Under the pieces are notes generated by a model, which worked only from the letters and a program-made list of their open reading frames with translations, did not search any database and was not told where the DNA came from. A stretch of DNA of 64,000 nt from NCBI GenBank assembly GCA_020536535.1, contig JAHLWZ010000253.1, positions 62,001 to 126,000 of the forward strand, in the 5' to 3' direction. The translations under genes and the position numbers were made by a program. Shown here piece after piece: positions 12,290 through 25,664 of this stretch. Every line of letters begins with the position of its first letter. Position 1 is the stretch's first letter. The DNA comes from Pelomyxa schiedti (Eukaryota; Protista; Evosea).

Positions 12290-13310
12290 GCGAGGTAGTA
12301 CAACAAAAATCCGACAAAGACACACCCAACGGCAACGTGTTCCTGCAGAAGCAGCAATATTGGGGAAGATCTCGTATCCCCGTGTTTTCTGACGCAGTCC
12401 CCCGCCTCTGCGGCGGTGCTCAGATGATCCCCAACATCTCGGGCGATAGAATCCCCGGTTGCAACCAAGCTTTTTGTTGTGGTTGTGTTGTGTTAGTTGT
12501 TTTTGCCAAAGGCACCGCACTCCGGACGAAAGTTGCTGCTAATTACGCCCAAATTTTACCTCTCTTCTCCCGCCGTTTCTGACGCGACGCCCTGCATCGT
12601 GGGGCGTGGCTCGAGTCGCACCGCGGCAAAAAATAGGCACTCTTGTTCCCGGCAGCACCGATTGTCGTGCTGGCTTAAGAAAGAGCTGAAAGAGACAAAA
12701 TTTCCCCGATACCTTGAATTCGCAAACTCTTCGAATTTTTTTATGTTTATGTGCTTTTGGGTTTGTCCCACAATTCATCTGAGGAGGAAATCTTGTTTCT
12801 CTTTTTCCCCAGTGTGATTCAGGACCACCGGGGAAAAAGGGAGATTGGAGAAGGGAGGGGGAGGACGGGTGGGTCGAGGAATACCTTCCTGCCTGCACCT
12901 TAAGTACCGCTCCGTTGCCGCATCACCTTCCCCAAGACCTACAACCACAATCCCCAATACCTACAACCACCAAACACACACTTTTTACTTCTGTGTCCCT
13001 GAATAGTACTCCCGCAATTATTGGCTAATATCTCCTATCCGTGTGTCCTGACGTCATTGTATGCGGTGGTAAGATCCCCAACATCCTGTGCGATAGCAGT
13101 CCCTGCCACTACGCTTTTTATTGTTGTTAGTTTTTGTCATAGACGTCGGTTATGACATTTGAGGCTAAAAGACGCCTTGCCAAATTTCACTTTTCTAGGT
13201 TCTTCGCTTTCTGCCGCGACGCTATGCACCATGAATCGAGTCCCTGCACGCGGAAAAAAACAGGCACTAGTTCCCGGCAACATTGATTGTTCTGCCTGAG
13301 AACCAGAAAT
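12290..13310. repeat. Two tandem, diverged copies of the modular repeat/promoter cassette
   Basis: GATCCCC..CGATAG module at ~12426 and ~13074 (also ~51539); TGCATCGTG/TGCACCATG GC-rich module at ~12596 and ~13225; GGCACT..GTTCCCGGCA at ~12636 and ~13263; 12630-13028 matches the reverse complement of 49951-50362. Confidence 0.85.
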
Positions 13311-13385
13311 TCCCGGAGATTGGGAACCATGGAAGAAAACAAAGGGAAAAAAAAAAAAGCTAAAACGGTATAGTGTTTCAGGCTA

Positions 13386-14005
13386 TCACATAAGTAAGAG
13401 GAATGCGAGGACAGAGGCGGAGAGCACTAGGGAGTAGCTAACAAATGAGGCATCACCACAGATAGTCTCATTGCAACCAACAGATAGGCAACCATAGTGG
13501 TAGATGTAGTAATCCGACTGGAGAGATGATTAGAAACCAGTAATTGAGAGGGAGGGACCGTACATCAAGGAAGCACTCACATCCGTCAAGGACTGCCCGC
13601 TCCTCATACCAGCACGCACAAGTGGAATTGAGCTGTAATATGAGAGTGGAAGCCGTTTAATAGGTTGAAAATTCATGAAGAGAGATCCTTACATCAGTGG
13701 CGTATTTGGTGCAATTGTACATAGCACGGCCGGCAGTCAGGGCACACCATGGGTCACATCCGGCATGAGCATTGCCAACAAGGACTGGCACAAGTCAATA
13801 ATAATATATGAATTTCTCACTCTTTAACTACGTCGTTATCGTCGATACGGCGAGAGATTTTTTTTGTGTGTAGTGTGTGTATATTTTGTTTATTTGTACG
13901 CTCCACAATGTCGTTTAGCGGAGCGAGTTTGTTTTCGGTTTGAAGCAAAGTCCGCTCACATGCAAGAGTAACCGCTACAGCAAGTGCGATCCACGAGTAC
14001 TTCAT
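13386..14005 (-). CDS. Small secreted Cys-rich protein with signal peptide and hydrophobic C-terminus (GPI-anchor-like), multi-exon
   Basis: MKYSWIALAVAVTLA signal; internal exon VLVGNAHAGCDPWCALTAGRAMYNCTKY; last exon SDYYIYHYGCLSVGCNETICGDASFVSYSLVLSASVLAFLLLM-TGA. Confidence 0.65.
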
Positions 14006-14304
14006 TTCTTAAAATTCTACAGCGATGTAGTCCCTTGTACCCTTGTTGTCGGTCCTCGCCTGGAGATCTCCCCAAAAGATGTTTTTTTTTTCCTTTATGT
14101 GCAACAGTTTTTATCACCATCTTCTGATCAGGGAGTGATGGGACGAACATTGGGCAATCTGGACCCCACGATGGGCACACATTCACTCCTTCATTGTTTC
14201 TGAGCTAGTAGTTTCTCTGAGCATCCTGAGGAGAAATTTCCAGTTCTGAAATCGCTTTGAGTGTGATGAATTGGAGGAGCTGCTCATAAATCGAAAAAAC
14301 CAAC

Positions 14305-16383
14305 ATGAGCGTACTGGTGGAGACGTCGCTGGGTAACATTGTCATAGATCTACACGTTGCGGACTGTCCTGTGGCGTCACGTAACTTCTTGAAGCTGTGC
14401 AAGATCAAATATTACAACAATTGTTTGTTTCACAATGTCCAGGTGCGTAACTGCATGTTGCTTTTGTGTCAATGTTTCGTGTGGCACTATTCTACTTCTT
14501 TGCTTTCGAACATAACGTTCAGCTAACTCTTTTTTTTTTTTTCGCCCTATTGCAGAGAAATTATTTAATTCAGGCTGGAGACCCGACTGGAACTGGTAAA
14601 GGAGGAAGCAGCGTGTACGGCGTTGTAAAAGGAGAACAATTTCGCTACTTCGATGATGAAATTAAGCCACACCTGTTACACAAGAAAAGTGGATGTGTGG
14701 GGATGGCCAGTCGTGGTCCTGGCACAAACGCTTCACAGGTTTATTTCAATTTTTCCCCTTCTTTTTTCAAATAATGCTCACACCAAAACAGTTCTATATA
14801 ACTACTGGTGACAATCTCACCTCTCTTGATGAGAAGCATACACTGTTCGGCGTCGTTGCTGAGGGTATGGAAGTTGTAATGGCTATCAACAACGTATATA
14901 CTGGAAAGGATGGCCGACCACTCCAAAATGTGAGGTAGGTTTTGATTGCTTACCAAGAATAATTCTCAAGCAGCGCACAGGGTTCGGCACACGTTCATAT
15001 TAGAAGACCCCTTCCCAGATGTACCTGGCATGATTGTTCCAGATGCCTCTCCCATTCCCGAAAAAGATGTAAGCCATATAAACCCAATGAAAAGTATTTT
15101 ACCAAATACAAAAACTAAACATAGCATTTCCTGTTTCTTTTTTTAACAAAATCAAGATTGGTAGTCTGGAAATTGACGATGTACTTGAAGAAGAGCCTGA
15201 TCCAGAAAAGAAAATGGAAATATTACAGGAAAAGGAAGCAAGATCCAGAGCTGAAGTTCTTGAAATAGTTTGTCTCCTTTTTAAAAAATACTTCACTCCT
15301 AACCCTAGTAGGTTCAAGACATTCCTTTTGCAGAGATTGCACCCCCTGAGCATGTACTATTCGTATGCAAACTCAACCCTGTTACTCGTGAAGAAGACCT
15401 TGAACTAATTTTTAGCCGGTAATCAGTTTTTCCTTTTTGCATGCCAGTCTCTAATAAATAATGAAATAATTTGTAGGTTTGGCCGAGTTGTGTCATGTGA
15501 AGTCATCCGAGACCACAAAACTAGCAACAGTCTTTGCTATGCCTTCATTGAGTTTGAAAACAAAGAACAGTGTGTGGAAGCTTATGCAAAGATGGACAAT
15601 GTGCTTGTTGATGATAGAAGAATTCACGTGGATTTCAGTCAGTCGGTGGCAAAACATGGGATCATGTACAATTTCAGGCGAAAGCAAGGTTAAACACTTT
15701 TTGAATCAGGTTTTTCCAACTAAATAAAAAATATAGGCAGATGGTACCCTACTGCTCCTCTAGCTGGCATGCCAGGGGTTTCACAACCCCTCACAGGGAA
15801 TCTAGCATGGTCAGATAAGATGACGCGCTCTACTAAGAACCCTGGCAAAAAGTATGATGATTTTAGTTTGTAAAGTAACGACTGACTTCATTCAAAAAGG
15901 TATGATTTTGTTACTGAAGATTCCCAAACGAGTGAACCGCGAAAGAGGGGTCCAGAAAGCCCGGCAGTGGGTTCTGGTGCTAAAAGACCAAGAGAAGACA
16001 GGGAGAGAGCCCACCCTGGTGACCGAGTGGACAAGCCTCGGGCACCAAGAGACTCTACAAAAGAAACCGGCGGCACAGAAAGGGAAAGACCTCGAGATGG
16101 TGACAGGCACACAGGCCGAGACAGAGACAGAGACAGAGAAAGAGAAAGAGAAAGAGAAGGCAGAGAAAGGGAAAGGGATAGGGATAGAGGCAGGGACAGG
16201 GACTCACATCACCACGGTTCAAGGCACGAATCACCACCCAAACACTCACCTAAACCAACAGCCGCATCACCACCGGCAACAACTACCTCATCCACCAGTG
16301 CCGGTAAGTCATCCAACAGGTGGGATTCCCCGACCCACAAGTCGGCATCGCCCCAACCACACCGCCACAAGGACAAGTCCTGA
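14305..16383 (+). CDS. PPIL4: Cyclophilin-RRM protein PPIL4/CYP59 with RD/RE-rich tail
   Basis: [112 protein letters not shown]. Confidence 0.95.
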
Positions 16384-16512
16384 AACCACGTGTAAATTGC
16401 CACAAAACAGCCAAGGATTGTGTGCTTGGTGAATCACCCAGACCTTTTAAAACAATAAGTTCTTTCCTTTTTTTTTTTTGCATCACAGTTGCCCACAAAT
16501 TAGTTGATTGTG

Positions 16513-19232
16513 ATGACGGACACCGGAAGCGAAACCGCAGCGCCCACGACGGCGGCTGCCGCCACAGTAAAACACAGATCCACACCGTCGAGTGGTACTA
16601 AAGCAAAAAAACCGCACACCCATCATCATCGAAATCAAGATGCGGCTGCTGCTCCCGCTGCGGCCGCGGCGCCACCGGCACAACAGCAACAGCAGCAGCG
16701 AGGAATTGTGGGAACGTTGTTTGGGTTTGCTAGGCAGGCACTGTTTATCTACTTTTTGTTCTTTATGGGAAAGAAGCTGTTTTTCCCACAGACTGCGCCG
16801 ACTACCACGTCGCCAGATGGTTCTGTGAAGCAAGTTGCTCCTGTTCCTAAAATCACATACCATTGTTTCTTTAATACTGGAGACCCTTTGGTTAGTATTT
16901 TTGTACCTGGGCAAGATATGTGATTAATTATAAATTTGATGCTATTTGTTGCGTTGCCACGGTTTATTTGGTTGCTGCTTATGCGAACTATAATACAGGT
17001 CATGAGGGTATACCTATCTGACAAGTACAACCTCACAGAGGAAGCTGAGGGTAATCTGACATGGACACTAAAGTGATTTTCTTCCTGTGCACAATTTCTG
17101 CTCCTTTGAGAATTAAAATGCTCTACTGCAGAGACCTTACCTACGACTCAAGTAGCAAAAACGAGCGCACCTACAATACAACACTGGAAGTACCTAATTC
17201 AATTCTGGCAACCAACTCCACTATTTATGCACACATTTTTGTGAGTAAACACACTGGGAAACAAGTGAAACTTTTCCGAACAATCAATCAAATGTACTTG
17301 GTATACCGTAAGGCCCCTCCCGGTTCTTATTTGTTTGTAAACTCTTCATTAGCACTTGTGCAGTACTTACCCAGGCCAGAGACAAAAGAAAAAAAGTTTT
17401 TGCTCAGTGGAACTGCTGTACAGGAAGACTCCACACAGGCAGTTGAAAAAAACCTACTGAAGAGACCTAACAACTAAACAGAAGTCTGTTCCTATTGGCG
17501 GGTACGACACATATGACACTCCAAGCACACAGTATGATACATATGAGCCCACACAAGAATATGGTTCGAGTATTATCAAATCACCTGGTGATCCCAGTGG
17601 AGAACCCTCGATAACCAAGGAACCAACATCTGATACTCAAACCAGCACCCCCACTGTATGTAAGCTGGTCTCTGTGTGGTCAAGTAGCACAAACTGATGT
17701 TTCACAGCCACTCTTTGACCCATACTGGATTCCAGAACTTAATGTTCGAGTAGTACCAGATTCACACAGAATACCTCCTACAGCTGTGCCCGCTCAGTTA
17801 CTGGAGCACATACAATATGATTCAGAAAATGCACAGTGCGTAATTAGTGGTCTTTTTTTCCTTTTTGCTCTGTTGTTGATACATAAGAAAGATTTTGGCC
17901 CGTCCTCTTTGTTCACAACTATTGGCTGGAGAAAGATCAATGGATTGCCATTAACGACACCGTTTCCTCTCTTCCTCTCAAGTTTAGTTTTGGAACAACA
18001 TCGTGGAGTTGGTTCATGTTTTTCGTTCAAATGGAACAAACAGTAGGAATACTCCTTCCCGTAGTTCCATCTTCACCCACTTACCTCCAAATAGATGAAG
18101 ATGCAGATGTCCCTTACAGGAGAGGCAGCAGAAGGAATGGACGAATTCAAGGTTCCTCTATGTATAAGTTTTGTATCATCTCAACTTCTTTCAGCACATT
18201 CTCAAAAACACAAACCCCTATCTATTGGGAGTAACATTTGTTGTAACAATTCTCCACACCATTTTCGATTTTCTTGCCTTTAAGAATGGTGAGAGCTCCT
18301 TGCTTACTGCAGAAAAATAACATGTCTTGAGATATTTCCTTCTGGAGAAGTCGGAAATCTGTTGCCGGCATTTCTGTCAAGACACTCATGCTCAATACTA
18401 TATGTCAGGTGATCATCTTTTTATATTTGCTGGACAATGAAACAAGCTGGATGATAATTATTTCCTGTGGAATTGGATTGCTGATTGAGTTTTGGAAGAT
18501 TGGAAAAGCTGTTAAAGTTTCTGTATGTACGCCAAATTTTGTAAATTTTTTGTAACAAAACAATTTAAGATTCACTGGTACCGCAATAAAATTCCGTTCC
18601 TCAAGTTCTCTGACAGGGAGAGCTACACACAAAGTAACACAAAAGAATACGACGATCGCGCAATGCGGGTTCTGTCTTACGTTTTATATCCCCTCGTGAT
18701 TGCTTATGCAATCTACTCCCTGGTTTATGAAACTCACAAGAGCTGGTATTCATGGTACGAAGACACAAAACACAGGGAAAGAAAAACATGCACTTATCAG
18801 CTATTTTAGGATTCTTGCTAGTTTAACGGGCACCGTCTATATGTTCGGCTTTATTATGATGACTCCACAACTATTTATAAACTACAAGTTGAAGGTTCAA
18901 TTTACCACACGTAAAATGTGTGGCTAACTTTGAAGCAGTCTGTGGCTCATCTCCCCTGGAGAGCCCTCATCTATAAAGCGTTGAACACATTCATTGATGA
19001 CTTGTTTGCGTTCATTATAAGGATGCCAACAATGCATCGCGTGGCTTGCTTCCGAGATGATGTTGTCTTCTTGGTCTATGTCTACCAAAGATGGATATAC
19101 CGCGTGGATACCAACCGCATAGAAAGCCTACAATGGGAGGATGCAAGTGGAATGGAAGATATTCGGAAAACCTCCCCAGCCACAACAACAACAACAACCA
19201 CAGCACAAGAAACCAACAACAAACAGGACTGA
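16513..19232 (+). CDS. CLPTM1: CLPTM1-family membrane protein (lipid scramblase family)
   Basis: TNPYLLGVTFVVTILHTIFDFLAFKN, QVIIFLYLLDNETSWMII, TKEYDDRAM, HKSWYSW, FGFIMMTPQLFINYKLK, SVAHLPWR..YKALNTFIDDLFAFIIRMPTMHR, YQRWIYRVD. Confidence 0.95.
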
Positions 19233-19367
19233 GGCACTTAGCCTTGTCCACAAGATAATATTGTCTTGAAGGGTTCTTTGAACCATTTTGATTTTGATTA
19301 CATGTTTTCCGGTTTGATTCTGCATTTTTTTTTCCTTTGTCTGGTTGTATTTGGACCCATCGGCATT

Positions 19368-22300
19368 ATGTCGTCACCGCCCGGGGGTACGCCCCCCATA
19401 ATGCACGGCAGCAGCATCGAGACCACCACCACTACCACCACGACTACTTCTAGTACCAGCACTACGGCGACCGCGAGCGACACAGCGGCGGCCGCGACGT
19501 CGACGACAAGGGACGCCAGGCACCGACGGTCGTTGCTGCTTTCGCACATAATGTGGCACATCGTGGTTCCCACAATGTTCCCCGGCGACTCCCGCACCCG
19601 CGCGGCGATCTCCTTCGAGAGGTCGGACGTGCAGTGGTCCGTGGTGCTCGAGATCGAGCGCCCCGTGTGCCCCCCTCCCCCAGCGCCGCCCTGTCCCCCC
19701 CTCTCGCAGGAGACGGCCGCGTCCGAGGCCGCGACCACGACACCCCCCACCACATCCACATCGACATCAACATCACCCACATCCACATCCACATCGACCT
19801 CCACGTCCACACCTACATCCACGTCCACATCCGCATCTACGGCCGCAGCGACCGCCTCCTCGCCTATATCTGCCTCTGCCTCTGCTTCTGCAGCGACGGC
19901 GGCGGTACCTGCAGTGTCACCAGCCGCTTCTGCATCCTCCGCCGCGGCGACGGCGACGGGGGCTACTGTGGCCGAGCGACCAAAGGTGCCGGCGACGACG
20001 CGGAAGACCGCTGGGGGGGGCGGGGCAAGGTGGGCCCACAAGGCGCGGCGGGGCCACGCGAGGCCGGCGGCGCCTGCGCCCGCCAGCAAGGGCAAAGCGA
20101 CGGGCACGGGGACAGGGGCGGCGGACCCGCTGTCCCCGCTGCAGCTTTTCCTTTGGGAGACGCCCCGCCTGAGCATGCTGGACGGCGACGACGAGGAGGA
20201 GGAGGACGAGGGGCGGCGGGGGAGCAGGGGGGGCAGAAGGAGCCGCGGGTACAGCTATGCATATGACAACGACGATGACAACGACGAAGACGAAGACGAC
20301 AACGACGTGGAGGACGACGGGGACAGCGACGGGGAAGGGGCTGGTGGGAAGAGGAAGGGGAAGGGAAAGGGAAAAGGAAAAGCAGCGAAAGCGAAAGCTA
20401 AAGGAGATGGGGATAATTGCTCTGGTGATGACGACGAGGACGATGGGTCGCCTTTTGGAATGGAGGAGAGGGAGCCTCGGTTCCTGGCGCTGTTGCACGG
20501 GTCGTTTTTCCCGCTAAAGAGGGTTGTGTGCTCTCGCCTGGCGAGGTTCTACCGCTCGGCGGTCACTGCGTTCTGCATGTCCTGCGCGCATTCACAGCTT
20601 CCTTTGGCTATTGACACACTGAAGGCTCTGCCAACCAACTTGCATGACGAAACTGTATTGCCTCTTTTTGGTGTTACCGGAATGCGCGAAGCAATACAAG
20701 CTCCTTGTAAATTCACGTTGCAACAAGACGCTCCGGGAATTCCAGCTACTGCCGCACCGTTACCCAAAGCAGCACCGTCAGAGCGGCTCTTCAACACGCC
20801 TATTACGCCGTCTGCACTATTTGGCGATTATGCCACGTTTCCTAGCGATCCAGACCTCTCTGGTGTACTGCTGTACCTGACGTTGTGCCGACCTCGTATT
20901 AATCCTCGTGTAGTTGTATTGGTGATGGATGTGTTTCGACCAGTGGAGAGATTTACCCCAAATTCTCCAATAGCAGAGATTGATAACTATGATTGGTTTC
21001 GCTCCTGTATCTGTGCTGCATTAGCATGGGACAACTTTGAATGTGCGTGCATACTCTGGGAACGTGTGTGCGATAGATGTTTTACCACTCCAATGCTTCT
21101 TTTTTCTGCAATCTGGTGTGCTTGCGAAGCTGGGTCAGTGCAGTTTATCAACTACTTGCACAATAAGCACTCTGCCATAATAAGACATGCTCTACCCAAC
21201 ATTGATTTAAAGCAGCTGCTGTCCTTGGAGCAATCTATAGCATCACAACCCACATCCCACCGTAATCCCCTTCTACTGGCACTTACTGCAATACCGAATT
21301 TCCCCCTTGGAGCCTTTGTAAAGAAACTCAGGAATTCTAAAACATGTGACTTCTTGATAGAAAATGCTAGTGTTGGTATGCTTGCCGAATTTCTTGTTTC
21401 ATGGTTAACATTCAACCATAGAGTGTGTTTCAGCAAGCGAACTTGTAAAAGTTGCGAAACTGGCAAAGAAGAAGGGCAAAAAAGAACTTATGGTGCAATA
21501 TTTGCAACGGGCTGCTGAGGGAGGTCATTGTGAAGCCATGTCCCTACTTGGCGAATGCCTACAGCATGGTCTTATTGTTGAGATGGATCACAATAGGGCT
21601 GTTGATTTGTTCCTGAAAGCTGGTACTGCCGGATGTATGGTTGCACAGAGGAATTATGCTTTAACTCAACCGCCTGAAATATCTGTGGCTATACTCCAAC
21701 AACTCGTTGAGGCTGGTGATCCTCTGGCTGCATGCCACCTTAGTGAATGTTATCGCCACGGTGTAGGGGTTGCCCAGGACGAGACTGTTGCGGATGCCTT
21801 GCTTTACTACGCTGGTGAATTGGGTGAGAAGGTTGCATATCAGAGATTAGCTGAGATTAAGGCTGAAAGATTTGTGAACTCCCAAAAGAGGGACAAAGGC
21901 AAAGCCTCCGAAGTAATGGAACTGTTTTCAACTGCACTACGGGATGCAAATCAAGTAGTTGAGATAGGAATTCAGTTTGAGGAAGGCCGTGGAGTGCCAC
22001 AGTGCCTTGAAATTGCAGCAGCATTGTACGGGGAGGCAGTGAAAGCATCTGAATCTGAGGCTACCCGCCGTTTAGCTGAAATGCTGCGCTGCGGAAGGGG
22101 TGTAAATATGTCATACGAGGAAGCAGCCGATTTGTATTGTAAAGTCTATTCCAAATACGCCAACGACCACGCACTCGACTACGAGAAGGGGACCACGCTG
22201 CCCCAGGACACAAAAATGGCCGCCACAATATACCGCAAGTGCCAACACGTGAGCCAAGTTGCAATGGTGAACCTCGGGAGGTGCTTGCATGACGGAATAG

Positions 22301-22658
22301 GCACCCCAGAGGACCCCGTCGCCGCAGTCACGCAGTACCACGCTGCGCTGAACCGCTCGACCTCGGAGGGCAACAAGTACGGCCGCGCCTACTCACTGAT
22401 GATGCTGGCGTTCTGTGCCGACCGTGGGTGTGGGTGCCCCCAGGACAAAGCCGCCGCCGCTGACATGTACGCCGAAGCCAAGTCACTCCTTCCTGAGAAG
22501 CAAATGAACTACTTGCTGTGCACTCTGTCCCGAGTGGATCCAGTTCGTTCCGCTGCTTTCCGTTGTGCGGAGCCAGTCACTCCAGGTTCTCCCGTTCCAC
22601 ACGTTTTTATCTGCTTCTAATTACTGTTTTTGCTACAGAGGGCCCAGCAGAGGGGTAG
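19368..22658 (+). CDS. Sel1-like-repeat protein with long T/S/A-rich and acidic N-terminal region
   Basis: ORFs 19266-21518 and 21490-22620 join across an intron at ~21377-21422; SLR motifs AAEGGHCEAMSLLGECLQHG, LSECYRHGVGVAQD, NLGRCLHDGIGTPED; short last exon ends at TAG 22656-22658. Confidence 0.8.
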
Positions 22659-22791
22659 GATAATAACCACACCACATTAACCTTACTTACACTAATAACA
22701 CATGAAATTTTTTTTGGCATACCCCTTTTCAATTTTGTTTTGTTTCTTTTCTTCTTCAGTTTTTTTTGGTACAACAAAGAGTGGTGAGTTA

Positions 22792-25434
22792 TTAGCTCAA
22801 AATACTGCTGATTTTGAGGCCTCCAGCTCCCCGGCTTTGTTGTGGAGTTGTGGAGTTATGCTGGGATGTTTGAGTTGCAGGAGTTGTAGTGGTAGAGTGC
22901 CGCGATCTATTTGGTGTGGATGGTTGTTGCTGTTGTTGGGCTATCTGGGAGGCTTTCACTGGAGGTGGAAGTTGCATCAAGGGAAATGTACCTAGGAAAG
23001 TATATCAGTACAAATATGGATAAATAGAACAAACCAGTTGGATTCATCTGCTTCAATAAATTCGCAGCCACCGCATTGGCGGGGAGAGAGGAGAGTGGTA
23101 GAGTGTGGTTTGTAGTCGGCAAATTATTTGGCAGTAATCCGCTGTTGTAAGCTGAAAATGACAATGGAGAGTCTGTAGTTCGTGAAATTGTGAAGTCTAT
23201 AAAGTGATTCGTACTCATTGGCATGCTTATCAGCTGTGAAGTAAAATTAACGGCAGCAAGCATTGCGGGACTGATTGGGCCCAGTTTAGGAGGAGAAACT
23301 TGTGACACAAGTGATGAGAATTCCTGTCTCTGCCTGGAAGCAAGCTCCACTTGCTGAAGTGTGTTATTTGCTAGCAAGCACAGTGGGCTTTGTTCCAGTG
23401 AACTTGTTTTAGAGTCAGGGAGTTTTGGAGATCCACTTATGGGAAGGTCGGGCTTTCGTCTACATTGACTGAGAACATGTGTGATTTTGAATAGATTAAC
23501 CTCACTGTGAGTACAGCAGACACCCGGGGCTTTTTGGTGCCAGGGAATTCAGGTTGTTCCTCTTCCGTGCCAGTGTCGGCCATGGGGGGCAGAAGTTTCC
23601 CCAACTCGGCGGAAAAAGAGGGTCCTCTTTTAATTGGTGGTTCTACTGGTAGAACAGACATTACTTCCTTTTTAAAGACTGGAATCTTCGCCCCAGGGTA
23701 AAAAAATTCACACTGTGAATGTGTTAAAAGGCAACTTCGCCAATTATTGGTACCGGTAATAAATTTTGACTGTACAAGAAACCTAGTGCTCCAAAAAGAA
23801 TGGTAATGGCTGAACTGTGCATAAGCGGATTCTCTGACCATAGAGCCAATGTTTTTTGGAATGAGGACTGATGATAGTTCTATCATAAGGAATTAGAACT
23901 TCTAAGAAATATTTGTACCTACCTTGAATGCTGGATGAAGCAAACAAGTTTCCCATGTTAGTAGTTTATAGGAAGGAGACAGTTCCTCTAGCAGTGGAGT
24001 CCAGTGTTGAAGCTGAAGAAAGCCGTTTAATTCTTTATTTTACAATTGTATCAAGACCAAATGCAGCTGAAGTAAGGTAGCTTGCACTCCAAAGCTCCAT
24101 ATAGCATCACAAGGCTTGGTACTAGAGTTATCTTCCGGTACAGGTGTGAACATATGACGGAATATATCAGGGTATCTCCTCTGTGCATGCAGAAAGGCAG
24201 CATACATAAGATCCAGTACTGCTAAGTTCACCCTAATGTATAAATCATTCTCCTACCATAATCCTCTTTTTCTTTGGACTTACTGTTCATAACCCAGAAG
24301 TTTAGTAATAATGAAGTCAAAAACTGGCCCATCAGGGACGTTTGCCAATTCCTGAGCAGTTAAAGGAGGCTGAGCATTTTGGTTTGGAACGGGTTTCTGG
24401 TCATGAGATGTGGCCAAGATGTTACTTGATTCTTCATAACTTGCATTCTGTGGTGAGGAAGTAGTACCATTTTCAGTCTTAACTACATTGGGCTCTGTGG
24501 TGTTTGGTGCCTGGTCGCTTTGCGTCGATGAGTGAGGTGCAGTGGAAGAAGGCGCTGTTGTTCCGGAAGATGAAGTGTTATGCTCTTGGTGTACGGTTGA
24601 GGTGCTTGCAGAGAGAGGGTCTAACGTAGGGATCTGTGTTTGTCCTGACTCAGATATCCCAGCAATGTGCAACAATTCTTTCCAGACCAGCAGTCGTAAG
24701 CCGGTTTTGTCAGTTGTGTCTAGGTGTTTGGCGTACTGTTGTGTGGTGGCAAGCAAACCGCCATAGAACCGCAAAGACTTGTATTCTTGAAAAAGTGGAG
24801 AGTAAAACATCCTACTGTCCTGTTGTGTTTGTGAATATTGTGCGTCGCCAGTTTCCTGGCTGGACTGGTCTTGTTGCAACCTTGGGTCTTCATAAAAATC
24901 GTGTTGGGAGTGTTGTTGTTGTGGCGGTTGTTGCTGCAGCATGGAAGCGGCGGCAATGGCAGACGAGGTGCTGCCGTTTGGTGGGGTAGTTGCGTTAGGG
25001 TGCTTTCTCGGCTTGTGTTTCCGTCTCCCTCGGCGCTCCAAATCTTGCACGTGCTTGTGCGTTGCGGGTGAATGCATTTGCATTGGTGGTGTTGTTGCCT
25101 GAGGTTGAGACTCTTGTGGCGCTTGCAAATGTGACAAGAGCTGTTCTGTCTGCTGCCTCACATCGCACATTTGTTGCATCACCGACCGCCTCTCCGCCGT
25201 CGTTTCCGCGTCCTCCTGGTCGCAATCGTAGTTGTCGTCGTCGTTTTCTTCGTAAACAACGTAACGCGGTTGCGCCTGGCACTGCGGTTGTTTTTGTTGA
25301 CTAGACGAATGACGGCGATGTTGTTGTCTACCTGGAGCGTGCGAGGCGGATACGCCATTCACACCGGAGATCTTGGTCTTGGAGATCTCGCTCTGTTGCT
25401 CTGCGGGAGTACCACCCCCGTTGTAGGCGTGCAT
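22792..25434 (-). CDS. Uncharacterised Q/S/T-rich protein with a globular central region (possible nuclear regulator)
   Basis: Collinear minus-strand ORFs 24280-25434, 24040-24231, 23437-23886, 22907-23377 and 22792-22980 separated by intron-sized gaps; no family recognised. Confidence 0.6.
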
Positions 25435-25664
25435 TTTTTTAATTTTCTGATTTTAATTGTGTTGTTAGGAGCACGCGATTCCGGTTACCTGAATGTCGGA
25501 TTTTATAATTATTCAAGCAGGCCGATTTATCAGATTAGGTTAGCTCTAAAACAGGTTGTTCCAATCAATTACCAAAAGAAACAGCATTGCCCTGCTCATC
25601 TGCCAGATTCCCCAAAAGACGAACCCCAAGACACAACTTAGAAAAACAATCAAACGTGGGCGAT

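Noticed and set aside
12055-12468. 137-aa ORF across the repeat module as a separate gene
   Set aside because: The homologous modules at ~13030 and ~51420 do not preserve the frame and the ORF has no ATG start
13215-13271. Helitron-like 3' end (GC hairpin followed by CTAG-T)
   Set aside because: Other copies read CACTCTTG rather than CACTAG, and homology continues past the CTAG, so it is not a terminus
19298-20498. Long antisense and alternate-frame ORFs (also 41791-42624, 51989-52716, 53225-54021)
   Set aside because: Shadow ORFs of GC-rich, low-complexity coding exons
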